A DNA stretch of 64,000 bases from an uncultured delta proteobacterium (GTDB taxonomy: Bacteria; Myxococcota_A; Polyangia; Fen-1088): contig CAVWIP010000002.1 in the NCBI GenBank assembly GCA_963755125.1, positions 160,001-224,000 on the forward strand. The letters are read 5' to 3'. A model generated the notes under the pieces. The model did no database searches and was not told where the DNA came from. It saw only the letters and a program-made list of their open reading frames with translations. The translations under genes were made by a program, and so were the position numbers. Shown one piece after another: positions 10,014-19,345 of the stretch. The stretch's first letter is position 1. Every line of letters starts with the position of its first letter.

Positions 10014-10450
10014 TACTCCGTGGCCTTGATGTCGTCGGCCGTGCCCTCGGTGCCATCAGGCCCCAGCGAGATCACGTCGATGCCGTCGGTGTTGATCTGC
10101 CCCGGACAGCGGATGATGAAGTCCTTGTTCCAGGGATCCTTCTGACGTCGGGGCATGTACTTCTGGGCCACCAGGTCGTCCATGCTCTTGGGACACTCGT
10201 TGTTGTTGTCCATCATGTACTGCTGGGCCTTCTGCATGATCTCGTTGACCTGAATGCGGGCGGTCTTGACCTGGCCCTTCTTGAAGTAGTTGAACGCGCC
10301 CACACCCACGGCCCCCATGATGAGGGCGATGAGCGCGAACACGATCATGATCTCCATGAGGGTCATGCCCAAATCGCGGGACCGTTTGCGCGCCGGGGAT
10401 ACCTCACCGGCAACTGCTGCCTCTGTCTGATGTTCCTGTGCGTCTGTCAT
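10013..10450 (-). CDS. gspG: Major pseudopilin GspG
   Basis: LG|MTLMEIMIV, KDPWNKDF, SLGPDGTEGTADDI Ca-binding C-terminus. AAGGAG SD before ATG 10450. Confidence 0.9.
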   Translation of the reverse strand: MTDAQEHQTEAAVAGEVSPARKRSRDLGMTLMEIMIVFALIALIMGAVGVGAFNYFKKGQVKTARIQVNEIMQKAQQYMMDNNNECPKSMDDLVAQKYMPRRQKDPWNKDFIIRCPGQINTDGIDVISLGPDGTEGTADDIKATE

Positions 10451-10479
10451 GGCTCTCTCCTTGTTGGTAGCAATCGTCG

Positions 10480-11742
10480 TCACTGAACCATCTGCCCCAT
10501 GTCCATGATGGGGACCAAGATCGAGAAGATGATGAACCCGATGCCCACGGCCATGATGAGGATCATGATGGGGGCCAGCAGCGAGGTCAGCCGACCCACC
10601 TCCATCTCTACGTCGCGCTCGTAGGCTCCGGCCACGTTCTCCAGCATCGCCTCCAGTTGCCCAGAGCGTTCGCCCACCGCCACCATGTGGCACATCATGG
10701 AGGGGAACTGGCCCGACTTCTTCAGCGTGGCGGCGATGGACTCACCCTCCCGAATGGCCACCCGCGCGTCTTCGATGACCTTCTCCAGCACCCGGTTGTT
10801 GAGCACGCGCTTGACGATGTCCAGCGCGGTCAGCACCGGCACGCCGGAGGACAGCATGGTGGCCAGGGTGCGCGCGAAGCGGGCCACGGCCAGCAATCGG
10901 ATGAGGCGTCCGACGATGAGGATGCGCAACTTCATCCGGTCCATCAGCGCGCGGCCCTTGGGCTTGCGGGCCCAACGCCGAAGCAAGAAGAAAATTCCGA
11001 TCAACAAAGGCAGCACGATCCACCAATAGCCTCCGGCGATGGACGCCACGCCGATGAGAATCTGCGTGTTCCAGGGCAGGGCTTTGCCCGAATCGGCGAA
11101 GATGCCGGCGATGGGTGGCACCACCACCACCATGAGCACGGTCATGACGGCCGTGCCGACGATGGCCATCAGAATGGGATAGGCCATGGCGCCCGTCACT
11201 TTGGAGCGCAGCTCGTTCTGCGAGTCGAGAAAGCTGGCCATGCGGGCCAGCACGGCGTCCAGGTTGCCGGCGCTCTCACCCGAGCGGACCATGTTGACGT
11301 ACAGTTCAGTGAACACGGCGCCGTACTCGGCCATGGCATCGGCCAGCGAGCTGCCCTCGTTCACTTTCTGCCGGATGCCGGCCAGGATCATCTGCAGCTT
11401 GCGGTGATCCGACTGCTCGGCCAGCGCCCCCAACGCCTCGGCCAAGGGAATCCCCGCGTGCAACAAGGTCGCGAGCTGGCGGGTGAAGATGGCCACATCC
11501 TGCGCGCGCACGCGTTCGAACCAGCGCTTGATGTCGACCTCGCGCCGCAAGCCCTTGCCTCCGCTGGCGGAGGCGGCCACCGCCTGCTTGCTCTGCTGGC
11601 CCGCCACCACCTCGTGCAACTCGGTGATGAAGACGCTCTCCTTGCGCAGGGTCTGGCGCAGCCCCTTGGGGCCGTCCGCCTCGCGGTTGCCGGCCACCGG
11701 CTTGCCCGAGGCGTTGAGGCCTTTCCATGCGTAAAGCGCCAC
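10480..11742 (-). CDS. gspF: T2SS inner-membrane platform protein GspF
   Basis: FTRQLATLLHAGIPL, GESAGNLD, AMAYP, GERSGQLE. Start set at GTG 11742 after an AGGGG SD. Confidence 0.95.
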   Translation of the reverse strand: MALYAWKGLNASGKPVAGNREADGPKGLRQTLRKESVFITELHEVVAGQQSKQAVAASASGGKGLRREVDIKRWFERVRAQDVAIFTRQLATLLHAGIPLAEALGALAEQSDHRKLQMILAGIRQKVNEGSSLADAMAEYGAVFTELYVNMVRSGESAGNLDAVLARMASFLDSQNELRSKVTGAMAYPILMAIVGTAVMTVLMVVVVPPIAGIFADSGKALPWNTQILIGVASIAGGYWWIVLPLLIGIFFLLRRWARKPKGRALMDRMKLRILIVGRLIRLLAVARFARTLATMLSSGVPVLTALDIVKRVLNNRVLEKVIEDARVAIREGESIAATLKKSGQFPSMMCHMVAVGERSGQLEAMLENVAGAYERDVEMEVGRLTSLLAPIMILIMAVGIGFIIFSILVPIMDMGQMVQ

Positions 11743-11753
11743 GTCTGCGTCCC

Positions 11754-13505
11754 CTAGTTCGCGTCTCCGGTCGTGATCATGAGCACCTCGGCGGGGCTGG
11801 TCATGCCGGCCAGCACTTTCTGCGCGCCGTCCTCGCGCAGGGTGCGCATGCCGCCGCTCGCGATGGCGGCGCGCTTGATGGCGCCGGCGTCGGCGTTCTT
11901 GATGGCGAGCTGGCGAGTCTGTTCGTCCACCATGAGAAGCTCGTAGATGGCGGTCCGGCCCTTGTAGCCGGCGTTCAGGCAACTCGTGCAGCCTCCCTCG
12001 CGCGCCCGATACAGCATGCCGGGCGGCGGCGGCACACCCTCGCCCTTGAAGCGCACGCGGCGCGCGCGGCCGGCAAAGAAATTAGCCGGGTCGATACCCA
12101 GGCTGAGCAGATCCTCCTCGCTGGGCCGGTAGGCTTCGCAGCAGTCGTGGCACAGGCGACGCACCAGGCGCTGGGCCAGCAGGGCCATCAGCGACGATGC
12201 CACCAGGAACGGCTGCACACCCAGATCCACCAAGCGGGTGATCCCACCGGCCGCGTCGTTGGTGTGGATGGTGGACAGAACCAGGTGGCCGGTCAGCGAG
12301 GCCTGGATGGCGATTTCGGCGGTCTCCAGATCGCGGATCTCTCCCACCATGATCACGTCGGGGTCGTGGCGCAAAAATGAACGCAGGCCGTTGGCGAAGG
12401 TGAGTTCGATCTTTTCGTTCACCGCCACCTGCGAGATGCCGTCGAGCTGGTACTCGACCGGATCCTCGATGGTCAGGATGTTGAGATCGGGCGAGTTGAT
12501 CTTGGCCAGGCAGGCGTACAGCGTGGTGGTTTTGCCCGAGCCGGTGGGCCCCGTCACCAGCATGATGCCGTGCGGGCGGTGGATGAGGTCGTCCATCTGG
12601 CGCAGGTGATCATCGCCGAACCCGATGTCGGCCAGGTCGTGCAGGACGTTCTCGCGGTCGAGCAGACGAATGGTGATGCGTTCACCGCCCTTGACCGTGG
12701 GCGCGGTGGCCACGCGCATGTCGATGTCCTTGCCCGCGATCTTGCGCCGGATGCGACCGTCTTGCGGCAAGCGCTTTTCCGCGATGTTGAGCCCGGCCAT
12801 GATCTTTACACGCGAGATGATCGAGGGAATGAACTGGCGGGCCGCCCGTCGCGTCTCGTACAGCACACCGTCGATGCGATAGCGGACAATGATGTCCTTC
12901 TCGCCCGGCTCGATGTGGATGTCGCTGGCCCGCTCTTTGACGGCATTGAACATCAGAGAGTTGACCCAGCGGATGATGGGAGCCTCGTCGTTGACGTCGA
13001 GGATGTCCACCAGCTCCTCGGCCGCGCCCATCTCGTCATCGCCCTCGCCCTCGCCCAGGGTGCCCGCGTCCTGCTTGCGACCGTACACTTGGTTGACGGC
13101 GTCCACGATCTTGTTGCTGGGGACGAGCACAGGGGCAATGTCGCCGCCCACCACGCCACGCAGATCGTCCAGCCCGCCCACGTCGAGCGGGTCGGCGGTG
13201 GCCACCGTGACGGTGGTCCCCTCCTTCTTGATGGGCAGCAGCCGGTGCTGCTTGGCAAACGCGATGGGGACCAGGCTGGCCAGGTCGGCGTCGATCTGTT
13301 TGACGTCCAGGTCGGCCGAGAATGGGATGCCAAGCTGGGTGCCGAGCGCGCGCAGCACGTCTTCCTCGCTCACGGCGCGCGCCTTCTGCAAGATTTCGCC
13401 GATACGGCCGCCCTCGCTGACCTGCTGGACAAGGGCCTGATCCACCGCCTCGCTGGTGACCGCCCCCGCCTCGAGCAGGATCTCGCCGAGTCGCTTGCCG
13501 GCCAT
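11754..13505 (-). CDS. gspE: T2SS ATPase GspE with N-terminal MshEN-like c-di-GMP-binding motif
   Basis: ASDIHIEP, GPTGSGKTTT, TIEDPVEY, DPDVIMVGEIRD, GHLVLSTIH, CxxC...CxxC. N-terminal tandem RLGEILLEAGAV / RIGEILQKARAV. Confidence 0.97.
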   Translation of the reverse strand: MAGKRLGEILLEAGAVTSEAVDQALVQQVSEGGRIGEILQKARAVSEEDVLRALGTQLGIPFSADLDVKQIDADLASLVPIAFAKQHRLLPIKKEGTTVTVATADPLDVGGLDDLRGVVGGDIAPVLVPSNKIVDAVNQVYGRKQDAGTLGEGEGDDEMGAAEELVDILDVNDEAPIIRWVNSLMFNAVKERASDIHIEPGEKDIIVRYRIDGVLYETRRAARQFIPSIISRVKIMAGLNIAEKRLPQDGRIRRKIAGKDIDMRVATAPTVKGGERITIRLLDRENVLHDLADIGFGDDHLRQMDDLIHRPHGIMLVTGPTGSGKTTTLYACLAKINSPDLNILTIEDPVEYQLDGISQVAVNEKIELTFANGLRSFLRHDPDVIMVGEIRDLETAEIAIQASLTGHLVLSTIHTNDAAGGITRLVDLGVQPFLVASSLMALLAQRLVRRLCHDCCEAYRPSEEDLLSLGIDPANFFAGRARRVRFKGEGVPPPPGMLYRAREGGCTSCLNAGYKGRTAIYELLMVDEQTRQLAIKNADAGAIKRAAIASGGMRTLREDGAQKVLAGMTSPAEVLMITTGDAN

Positions 13506-13507
13506 GC

Positions 13508-16363
13508 CTATTCCTTGGCCGGCGGCGGAGCCGGCTTGACGGGTGCGGCCCCGGGCGGGGCGGGAGCGACAGCCGGGGGCACCGGCGCGGTCTTGCTCTC
13601 CGGCGCAGCGGGCGGGGCCGTCGGCTGCGCCTTGTTCGTGACCGTGGCCGTCGTCTTGCGCCGCGTCCTGCCCTTTCCCGTCGCCTTGTGTGGCGCCGGA
13701 GCCGGGGGCGAGGCGGGTGTCAGTCTCTCCTCCGCGGGCGGTTCCTGAGTTATGTCGTCGGCCGGTGCGGCCGGGCCGGGCTCTTCCGCCTCAGGCACCG
13801 GTGCGGGCGCATCCTTGACCGAAACCGGCTCAATGGGCGTCGAGTCTTCGCCTTCATCGCGGTCTCGGATACCGCGCAGCTCCGCTTCCTCCTCCTCCAT
13901 GTCCCGCACGGTCTTGTTGATCTCCTCGAGCATTCCGCGCTTGCGCCGGAAATCCAAGTCCTTGTCCAGCGACACGCGGTCTTGCAACGAGCTGTAGCGC
14001 TCGATGAACTCGCGTCGCTCGCGCATCTTCTTCTCGGCCACCCGGCGCAGATCCGATAGATCGGAGATCACATAGGGCGTGATCGCTATCAGGATGTTGG
14101 TCTTCTTCAAGTCCTTTTGGGTGTTGCGGAAGAAGAAGCCAATGACCGGGATGTCGCCCAGGATGGGAACCTTGGTCACGGTTTCGCTGGCCCGGTCGCT
14201 CATCAGGCCGCCGATCACCACGGTCTGCTGGTCGCGCGCCACCACCGTGGTCTTGGTCGACCGCTTGGATGTGGCGGGCCCGAGGTTGTTGTAGTTCGGC
14301 GCCTCGACGTCGGAAACCTCCTGTTCTACGTCCAGCCGGATCACGTTGTGTTCGTTCACGCTGGGCAAGAGCTTGAGCTTGAGCGCCACGTCCTGGCGGT
14401 TGACCGACAGGTACGGCGTGTAACCAGTCGCACCGCCGGTCAGAGCGGTGCCCATCATGGCGCCTGGGAAGGGCAGGTTCTCGCCCACGGTGATCTCGCC
14501 CTCTTGATTGTTCATGATGAGGATGTGCGGGTTGGACAGGACGTTGACGTCGTTGTTGGTCTGCAGAATCTGCAGGAACACGCCGAACGAGGGGATGTTC
14601 ACATTGACGACGCCGAACAGGCTGGTCTGCGCACTGGAGATGGCAGGCCCGAACAGCGCCGCGCTCAGGCCCCCCATGCTGTTGAGAAAGGTCGCGGGAT
14701 TGGTGGCGGCGCCCAGAGTCTGGCTGGCGTTGAATCCACCCAGCAGCAGGCCCTGCTGGCCCGCGATGTCCTGCCCCTTGCCCGCGTGGTATGAGATGCC
14801 CGTCTGATTGGATTTGTCGGTGGTGACCTCGAGGATCAGGGCCTCGATGAACACCTGCTTGCGGGGGGCATCCAACTTTTCGATCACGCGGCGCAGCGCC
14901 TGGAAATCCTTGAACGACGACATGACCAGCAGCGAGTTGGTGGGCGCATCGAAGGTGACGCGCACATCGCCCTCGAACATGAGCGCGCTCTGATTCCCTT
15001 GTTGGTTCTGAGCCGGGGGGGCGGCAGTCGGCGCTGTGGTGCTGCCCCGGCGTCGAACGCCGGTGCTCAGCGAGCCCACCACCTGCACGCCGGTGATGGC
15101 ACTGAGCGTGGCGGCCAGCTCATCGCAGTTGGCGTTGGCGCAATTGTAGATGTGGAAACGGTCCTGGGCCGCGCCGCGCACCGATTCCTCGGGTGAGACG
15201 TCCAGCTTGTGGACCAGGCTCACCAGCCAGTCATAGGCCCGCTGGTTGGCCACGACGATCAGACTGTTGGACCTCTCGTCAGGGACGATCTTGGTTATGG
15301 TCATCTCCGTCGACAGGTCGCCGGGTGGGCCGGGCTGCGGTTTGGGCGGGGTCGGGGGCGGCGATCCGGGCGGGCGCTTCTGGCCGGTGCCCAATTGCTG
15401 AACCGGCATGATTTCTGCGATCCGGCCGGCCATGTCGATGGCTGAGGTATTCTTGATGCGGATCATCCAGATCTTGTCGCGGTTGGCCGACGGGGTATCG
15501 AACTGTTTGATAATGGACACCAGGCGGTCGATGTTCTCCGCCTGGTCGCTGATGATGAGCGACGATCGATATGAGATGATGTCGCCGGTCTCGCTCTTCA
15601 GGCGGTTGAGCACCGCGTTCGTGAGATCATTGGTGTCCAGGTACGCCACGCGCACCAGCTTGGTGACGTAGCGCTTGTCGTGGGGGACGCGCTCGTTGGC
15701 GCCCACGAAGGGCAGTGACGTGAAGCGGGCCCGGGAGGACTCGACGATGCGCAGGAACTTGCCCGAGGGCTCGACCGTCAAGCCGACGGATTCCAGCGCG
15801 GCAAAGAACAGCCGATACGCCTCCTCGGGTGTGATGAGCTGGGGCGCGATGACCGTGACCTTCTTGCCCTGCAGCGGGATGGACACCAGGAATTGCGAAC
15901 AGGTGATGCTTGATATCCAACCGATGAGATCGATGACGTCGGTTTCCGGCTTGAGGTTCAGCTTCACGATGCGCTTGCCGGGCGGGAGCTTCTTGCACGA
16001 GTTGAATTCCTTCTCGCCTGGCAGCTCGACCACGCCGGAGGCGCCGGGTTTTGCCGCGCCTGCCGCCGGGGCCGCGGGCGGCGCAGGCGGCGCAGGTGGA
16101 GGCGGCGCAGGGGCCGCAGCCGGCGTACCCGGACGAGCCGGAGCGCGCGGCACGAGCCGGGATGGCCGCTGCGGAGGTGCGGGCGGCGTGGCTGCGGCCG
16201 GCGCCTGTGCGTACGCCCACGGTGTCGCCGCGAGGGATGCCACCAGGTAGGCGACAAGAGCGACGACTCCGGTACGGGCCAGCGCGCTGCGAAGGCGTCC
16301 AACCACGGTGTCGGCGAGCGTCGCGCGCCCGCCGGCGTCTGTGTTCTTGCTGTTTGGTTTCAT
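13508..16363 (-). CDS. gspD: T2SS secretin GspD
   Basis: N0-N3 repeats (PDERSNSLIV, FDAPTNSLLV), LDAPRKQVFIEALILEV, KVPILGDIPVIGFFF, ITPYVI; Pro/Ala-rich ends. Confidence 0.95.
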   Translation of the reverse strand: MKPNSKNTDAGGRATLADTVVGRLRSALARTGVVALVAYLVASLAATPWAYAQAPAAATPPAPPQRPSRLVPRAPARPGTPAAAPAPPPPAPPAPPAAPAAGAAKPGASGVVELPGEKEFNSCKKLPPGKRIVKLNLKPETDVIDLIGWISSITCSQFLVSIPLQGKKVTVIAPQLITPEEAYRLFFAALESVGLTVEPSGKFLRIVESSRARFTSLPFVGANERVPHDKRYVTKLVRVAYLDTNDLTNAVLNRLKSETGDIISYRSSLIISDQAENIDRLVSIIKQFDTPSANRDKIWMIRIKNTSAIDMAGRIAEIMPVQQLGTGQKRPPGSPPPTPPKPQPGPPGDLSTEMTITKIVPDERSNSLIVVANQRAYDWLVSLVHKLDVSPEESVRGAAQDRFHIYNCANANCDELAATLSAITGVQVVGSLSTGVRRRGSTTAPTAAPPAQNQQGNQSALMFEGDVRVTFDAPTNSLLVMSSFKDFQALRRVIEKLDAPRKQVFIEALILEVTTDKSNQTGISYHAGKGQDIAGQQGLLLGGFNASQTLGAATNPATFLNSMGGLSAALFGPAISSAQTSLFGVVNVNIPSFGVFLQILQTNNDVNVLSNPHILIMNNQEGEITVGENLPFPGAMMGTALTGGATGYTPYLSVNRQDVALKLKLLPSVNEHNVIRLDVEQEVSDVEAPNYNNLGPATSKRSTKTTVVARDQQTVVIGGLMSDRASETVTKVPILGDIPVIGFFFRNTQKDLKKTNILIAITPYVISDLSDLRRVAEKKMRERREFIERYSSLQDRVSLDKDLDFRRKRGMLEEINKTVRDMEEEEAELRGIRDRDEGEDSTPIEPVSVKDAPAPVPEAEEPGPAAPADDITQEPPAEERLTPASPPAPAPHKATGKGRTRRKTTATVTNKAQPTAPPAAPESKTAPVPPAVAPAPPGAAPVKPAPPPAKE

Positions 16364-17283
16364 CGGATGTTGTAGTCCTGTGTGACTTTCTTGCCGTTGC
16401 TCTCCATGCCCAGGGACAGGTGGCTGGCCGACTTGAGCTTGGAGTAGACTTCGAGCGCCTTCTCGGGACTCGTGATCTCGAGGCCGTTGATGGACGAGAT
16501 CACGTCTCCGTTCTGCATCCCGATCTTGGCGAACGGCCCGTCGGGCTTCACCGCGTAGAGCCGGAAGCCTGCCGCCTTGCCGTCGCGCATTTCAGGCACG
16601 ATGCGCGCCGAGCGCGAGAGCAGTGACATGTTGCCCAGCACCGATTCCAGCGTGCCGCGCTGGATCTCAAAGGAGTGCTCGCCGGTCTTCTTGATGCCTT
16701 TGTCCATCTCGATCGAGAGAGGATCGGTTCCCCCAGCAGCCGAGGCCACCGGCGGCGCGGGCGGCGCGGGCTTTTCAAACAAATCCAGAAACTCGGTCTT
16801 GCCAGCGTTGTCGAGGTAGATGCGGGTTTCTTGGATCTCGATGACCGTGGCGCCGTGGATCTTGCCGCCCACCGGAAATGCCCCCATCGACTTGATCTCG
16901 GTGTCGCGGATGACGGCTATCGACCACTTGATGCCGTTGGGCGGCGGCGCATACATGATGGCCAGCAGCGCGAGGGGAAGCGTGGTCTTGACGGGTTCCA
17001 TGCTGGGGTCAATGGCCCCGCCATCGGGATGCGGCTCATCGATGATGGGAGGGCAGGTCGAACAGAAGATGTTCCGTTTGAGTATTCCGTCCGGCTGCTT
17101 GCTGCTGCTGGCGGTCGTGGGCTCGGGCCGGCGTGGCTTGCTGGCGACAGGTGCCGGGGCGGGTATCGCCGCAACCACCTTCGACTCGACTGCACTCGAG
17201 GCTGCGTTGCCGAGAAAGGTTGCGCACAGGGCGACGACGGCCAGGTCGAGAGCCCAGAGATATTTTCTCAGCAGAGTTTCCAC
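16360..17283 (-). CDS. gspC: T2SS protein GspC with PDZ domain
   Basis: N-terminal TM, HR domain, GFRLYAVKPDG...IGMQNGDVISSING PDZ; ATGA overlap with gspD start. Confidence 0.92.
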   Translation of the reverse strand: METLLRKYLWALDLAVVALCATFLGNAASSAVESKVVAAIPAPAPVASKPRRPEPTTASSSKQPDGILKRNIFCSTCPPIIDEPHPDGGAIDPSMEPVKTTLPLALLAIMYAPPPNGIKWSIAVIRDTEIKSMGAFPVGGKIHGATVIEIQETRIYLDNAGKTEFLDLFEKPAPPAPPVASAAGGTDPLSIEMDKGIKKTGEHSFEIQRGTLESVLGNMSLLSRSARIVPEMRDGKAAGFRLYAVKPDGPFAKIGMQNGDVISSINGLEITSPEKALEVYSKLKSASHLSLGMESNGKKVTQDYNIR

Positions 17284-17302
17284 GGCTTGCTTGCACGCAA
17301 GA

Positions 17303-17317
17303 GCAACACCGGGGCCA
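17303..17317 (-). promoter_or_regulatory. Sigma-54 (-24/-12) promoter of the gsp operon
   Basis: Minus strand TGGC-CCCGGTG-TTGC, exact GG-N10-GC spacing, about 20 nt upstream of the gspC start. Confidence 0.75.
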
Positions 17318-17380
17318 GCCGGGCCATGAAAAAACCTTAATGGATCAAATTAGTTACGGTTGAGGCCCGTTCACTTGGCC

Positions 17381-17393
17381 TGCCAATTTGGCA
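17381..17393. promoter_or_regulatory. Candidate enhancer (UAS) palindrome TGCCA-ATT-TGGCA
   Basis: Perfect 5-bp-arm palindrome about 90-100 nt upstream of the predicted sigma-54 start; the same motif recurs at 19171 and 19211. Confidence 0.6.
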
Positions 17394-17565
17394 AGGCAGT
17401 TCAAGAGAGAGGGCAGACTGGGCACGCGTCAGCCTGGACAGCCTCCAGCGGTTGAGGACAGGGACGGAAGCGGGGCGACGACGGTTGGGGTACGGTCAGC
17501 CGACTTCTTGACGTGCCATCGTTCCGAGGGAATCGTCCGGCTTGTGAGTCGATCCAGGCCAGTCC

Positions 17566-19047
17566 TTACGTGGCCTCCGGCTCTGTGATTTCTCCTCTCA
17601 TCTCCGTGTTCTCGGCTGCCGTCGCTGCTTTGTCCTGTCCAGCGCCTTCAGTTGGTGTCCCTTCCTTCTCCTCCTCCAGGCGCCGGTAGATGGTCCGGGT
17701 CGCGATCCCCAGCAACTGCGCGCACAGGCGCTTGTCGCCTCCCACGTGGCCCAAGGTCGCGTGAATCACGCGTCGCTCGATCTCGCCGAGCGGCGTCCCG
17801 ATGGCGAACGTGATGCTCTTTCCGTCGCTGGCGTTGCTCTGGCCCATGCGTACCTCGACGGGCAGGTCATCCAACTCCACAGCGGTCCCGCGGGAAAGAA
17901 CCACCGCGCGCTCGATCGTGTTTTCCAACTCCCGCACGTTGCCCGGCCAGTCGTAGCGCACCAGAGCCTCGGCTGCCGGCCGGGCGAAGCCTGCCAGATG
18001 ACGGCCGTTCCGCTCGCCGAAGAAACGCAGGAAGTGCTCGGCCAGAAGCGGGATGTCGTCGCGCCGTTCGCGCAAGGGAGGCACGCGCAGGGCAATCACA
18101 TTGAGTCGGTAGTAAAGATCCTCCCGGAAACGGCCCTCCCTGACTGCGCTGCGCAGATCCTGGTTGGTGGCCGCCACCAGGCGCAAGTCCACCTTGGTCG
18201 TTCGCCCGCCCAGCCGTTCGACCTCGCCCTCTTGCAGAACGCGCAGCAACTTGACCTGAACATGGGTGGGGATTTCGCCGATCTCGTCGAGGAAGAGGGT
18301 GCCGCCGTCGGCCTGCAGGAATCGCCCGTCGTGACGCTGTATGGCTCCGGTGAACGCCCCGCGCTCGTAACCGAAGAGTTCGGCTTCGAGAATCGTCTCA
18401 GGCAGCGCCGCGCAGTTGACGGGAACAAAGGGACCCGATGCACGCGGCGAAGCGGCGTGGATAGCCCGCGCCAGCAATTCCTTACCGGTTCCCGATTCGC
18501 CCAACAGCAACACGGTTGCCATGGACGGCGCGGCCTGCATCACCGTCTCCATGGTGCGGCGCCAGGCGAGCGACTGGCCGATCAGCGTCTTCTGCCGTTC
18601 GGCAGCCAGTTGCGCGCGTAGCGAGCGGTTTTCCTGCAGGAGGTTGTGTTTTTCCAATGCCTTGCTGACCGCACGAACGACGTGCGCGCGCTTGAGCGGC
18701 TTGGTGACAAAGTCGTAGGCACCCTGCCTCATGGCATCTACGGCGTTCTCTACCGAACCGTAGGCGGTCATGAGAATAGTCTCGGTCTCTGGTGAGACGC
18801 TGCGGCTGGCCTTGAGCAGATCCAGTCCAGATAGACCCGGCATGATCAGATCGGTGAGGACAACTGACACGGGCTCGCGGCGCAGAATATCGAGCGCTTC
18901 TCCACCGCTGCGCGCCGTGAGCACGCGCAACGACTCTCGCTCGAATATCTTGCTCAACGAGTCGACGATGCCCGGCTCATCGTCCACGACCAAGATGGTC
19001 GGGGCAGCGGAATCTCGGGCCGCGCTGGTTTCGGCTTCATTGGTCAC
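17566..19047 (-). CDS. NtrC-family sigma-54 response regulator (REC-AAA+-HTH), possible Nla4-like regulator
   Basis: VVDDE/LTDLIMP/KP receiver, [35 protein letters not shown]. Start set at GTG 19047 after GGGGA. Confidence 0.95.
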   Translation of the reverse strand: MTNEAETSAARDSAAPTILVVDDEPGIVDSLSKIFERESLRVLTARSGGEALDILRREPVSVVLTDLIMPGLSGLDLLKASRSVSPETETILMTAYGSVENAVDAMRQGAYDFVTKPLKRAHVVRAVSKALEKHNLLQENRSLRAQLAAERQKTLIGQSLAWRRTMETVMQAAPSMATVLLLGESGTGKELLARAIHAASPRASGPFVPVNCAALPETILEAELFGYERGAFTGAIQRHDGRFLQADGGTLFLDEIGEIPTHVQVKLLRVLQEGEVERLGGRTTKVDLRLVAATNQDLRSAVREGRFREDLYYRLNVIALRVPPLRERRDDIPLLAEHFLRFFGERNGRHLAGFARPAAEALVRYDWPGNVRELENTIERAVVLSRGTAVELDDLPVEVRMGQSNASDGKSITFAIGTPLGEIERRVIHATLGHVGGDKRLCAQLLGIATRTIYRRLEEEKEGTPTEGAGQDKAATAAENTEMRGEITEPEAT

Positions 19048-19071
19048 GTCTGCAGTTCCCCGTCCTGATCC

Positions 19072-19087
19072 TTCAAAGCGGATGCCA
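19072..19087 (-). promoter_or_regulatory. Sigma-54-like promoter of the response regulator
   Basis: Minus strand TGGCATCCGCTTTGAA: correct spacing, with a TTGA variant at -12. Confidence 0.6.
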
Positions 19088-19145
19088 GGCGTATCAACTC
19101 CGCCGACACCACCCAACCGGCCGGAAACACAACATTATCAAAGTG

Positions 19146-19223
19146 CAGCATTTTGACACGGTCGACTTGGTGCCATCTTGACACAACTTCCGCCAACCCG
19201 CCCGTCTTGCTGTCACTTTGGCA
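19146..19223. promoter_or_regulatory. Cluster of TGYCA-N3-TGRCA palindromes (candidate UAS)
   Basis: TGCCATCTTGACA 19171-19183, TGTCACTTTGGCA 19211-19223, degenerate CAGCATTTTGACA 19146-19158. Confidence 0.6.
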
Positions 19224-19345
19224 GAGGGTTTCAGTCCTGACTGCGACAGGGGTACTGGTCCATCTGGCCACCCGCCCAATGCTGAGGACACAGAGGGGAG
19301 AAGGGATGGCACAGAGCTGGGTTGCGAACAGTCCGGGCCAGCCGG

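Noticed and set aside
2829..17283. Type IV pilus or Tad/Kil system instead of T2SS
   Set aside because: GspC-PDZ, GspK, GspN and gene order indicate T2SS. There is no PilT or Flp. The missing prepilin peptidase is commonly encoded elsewhere.
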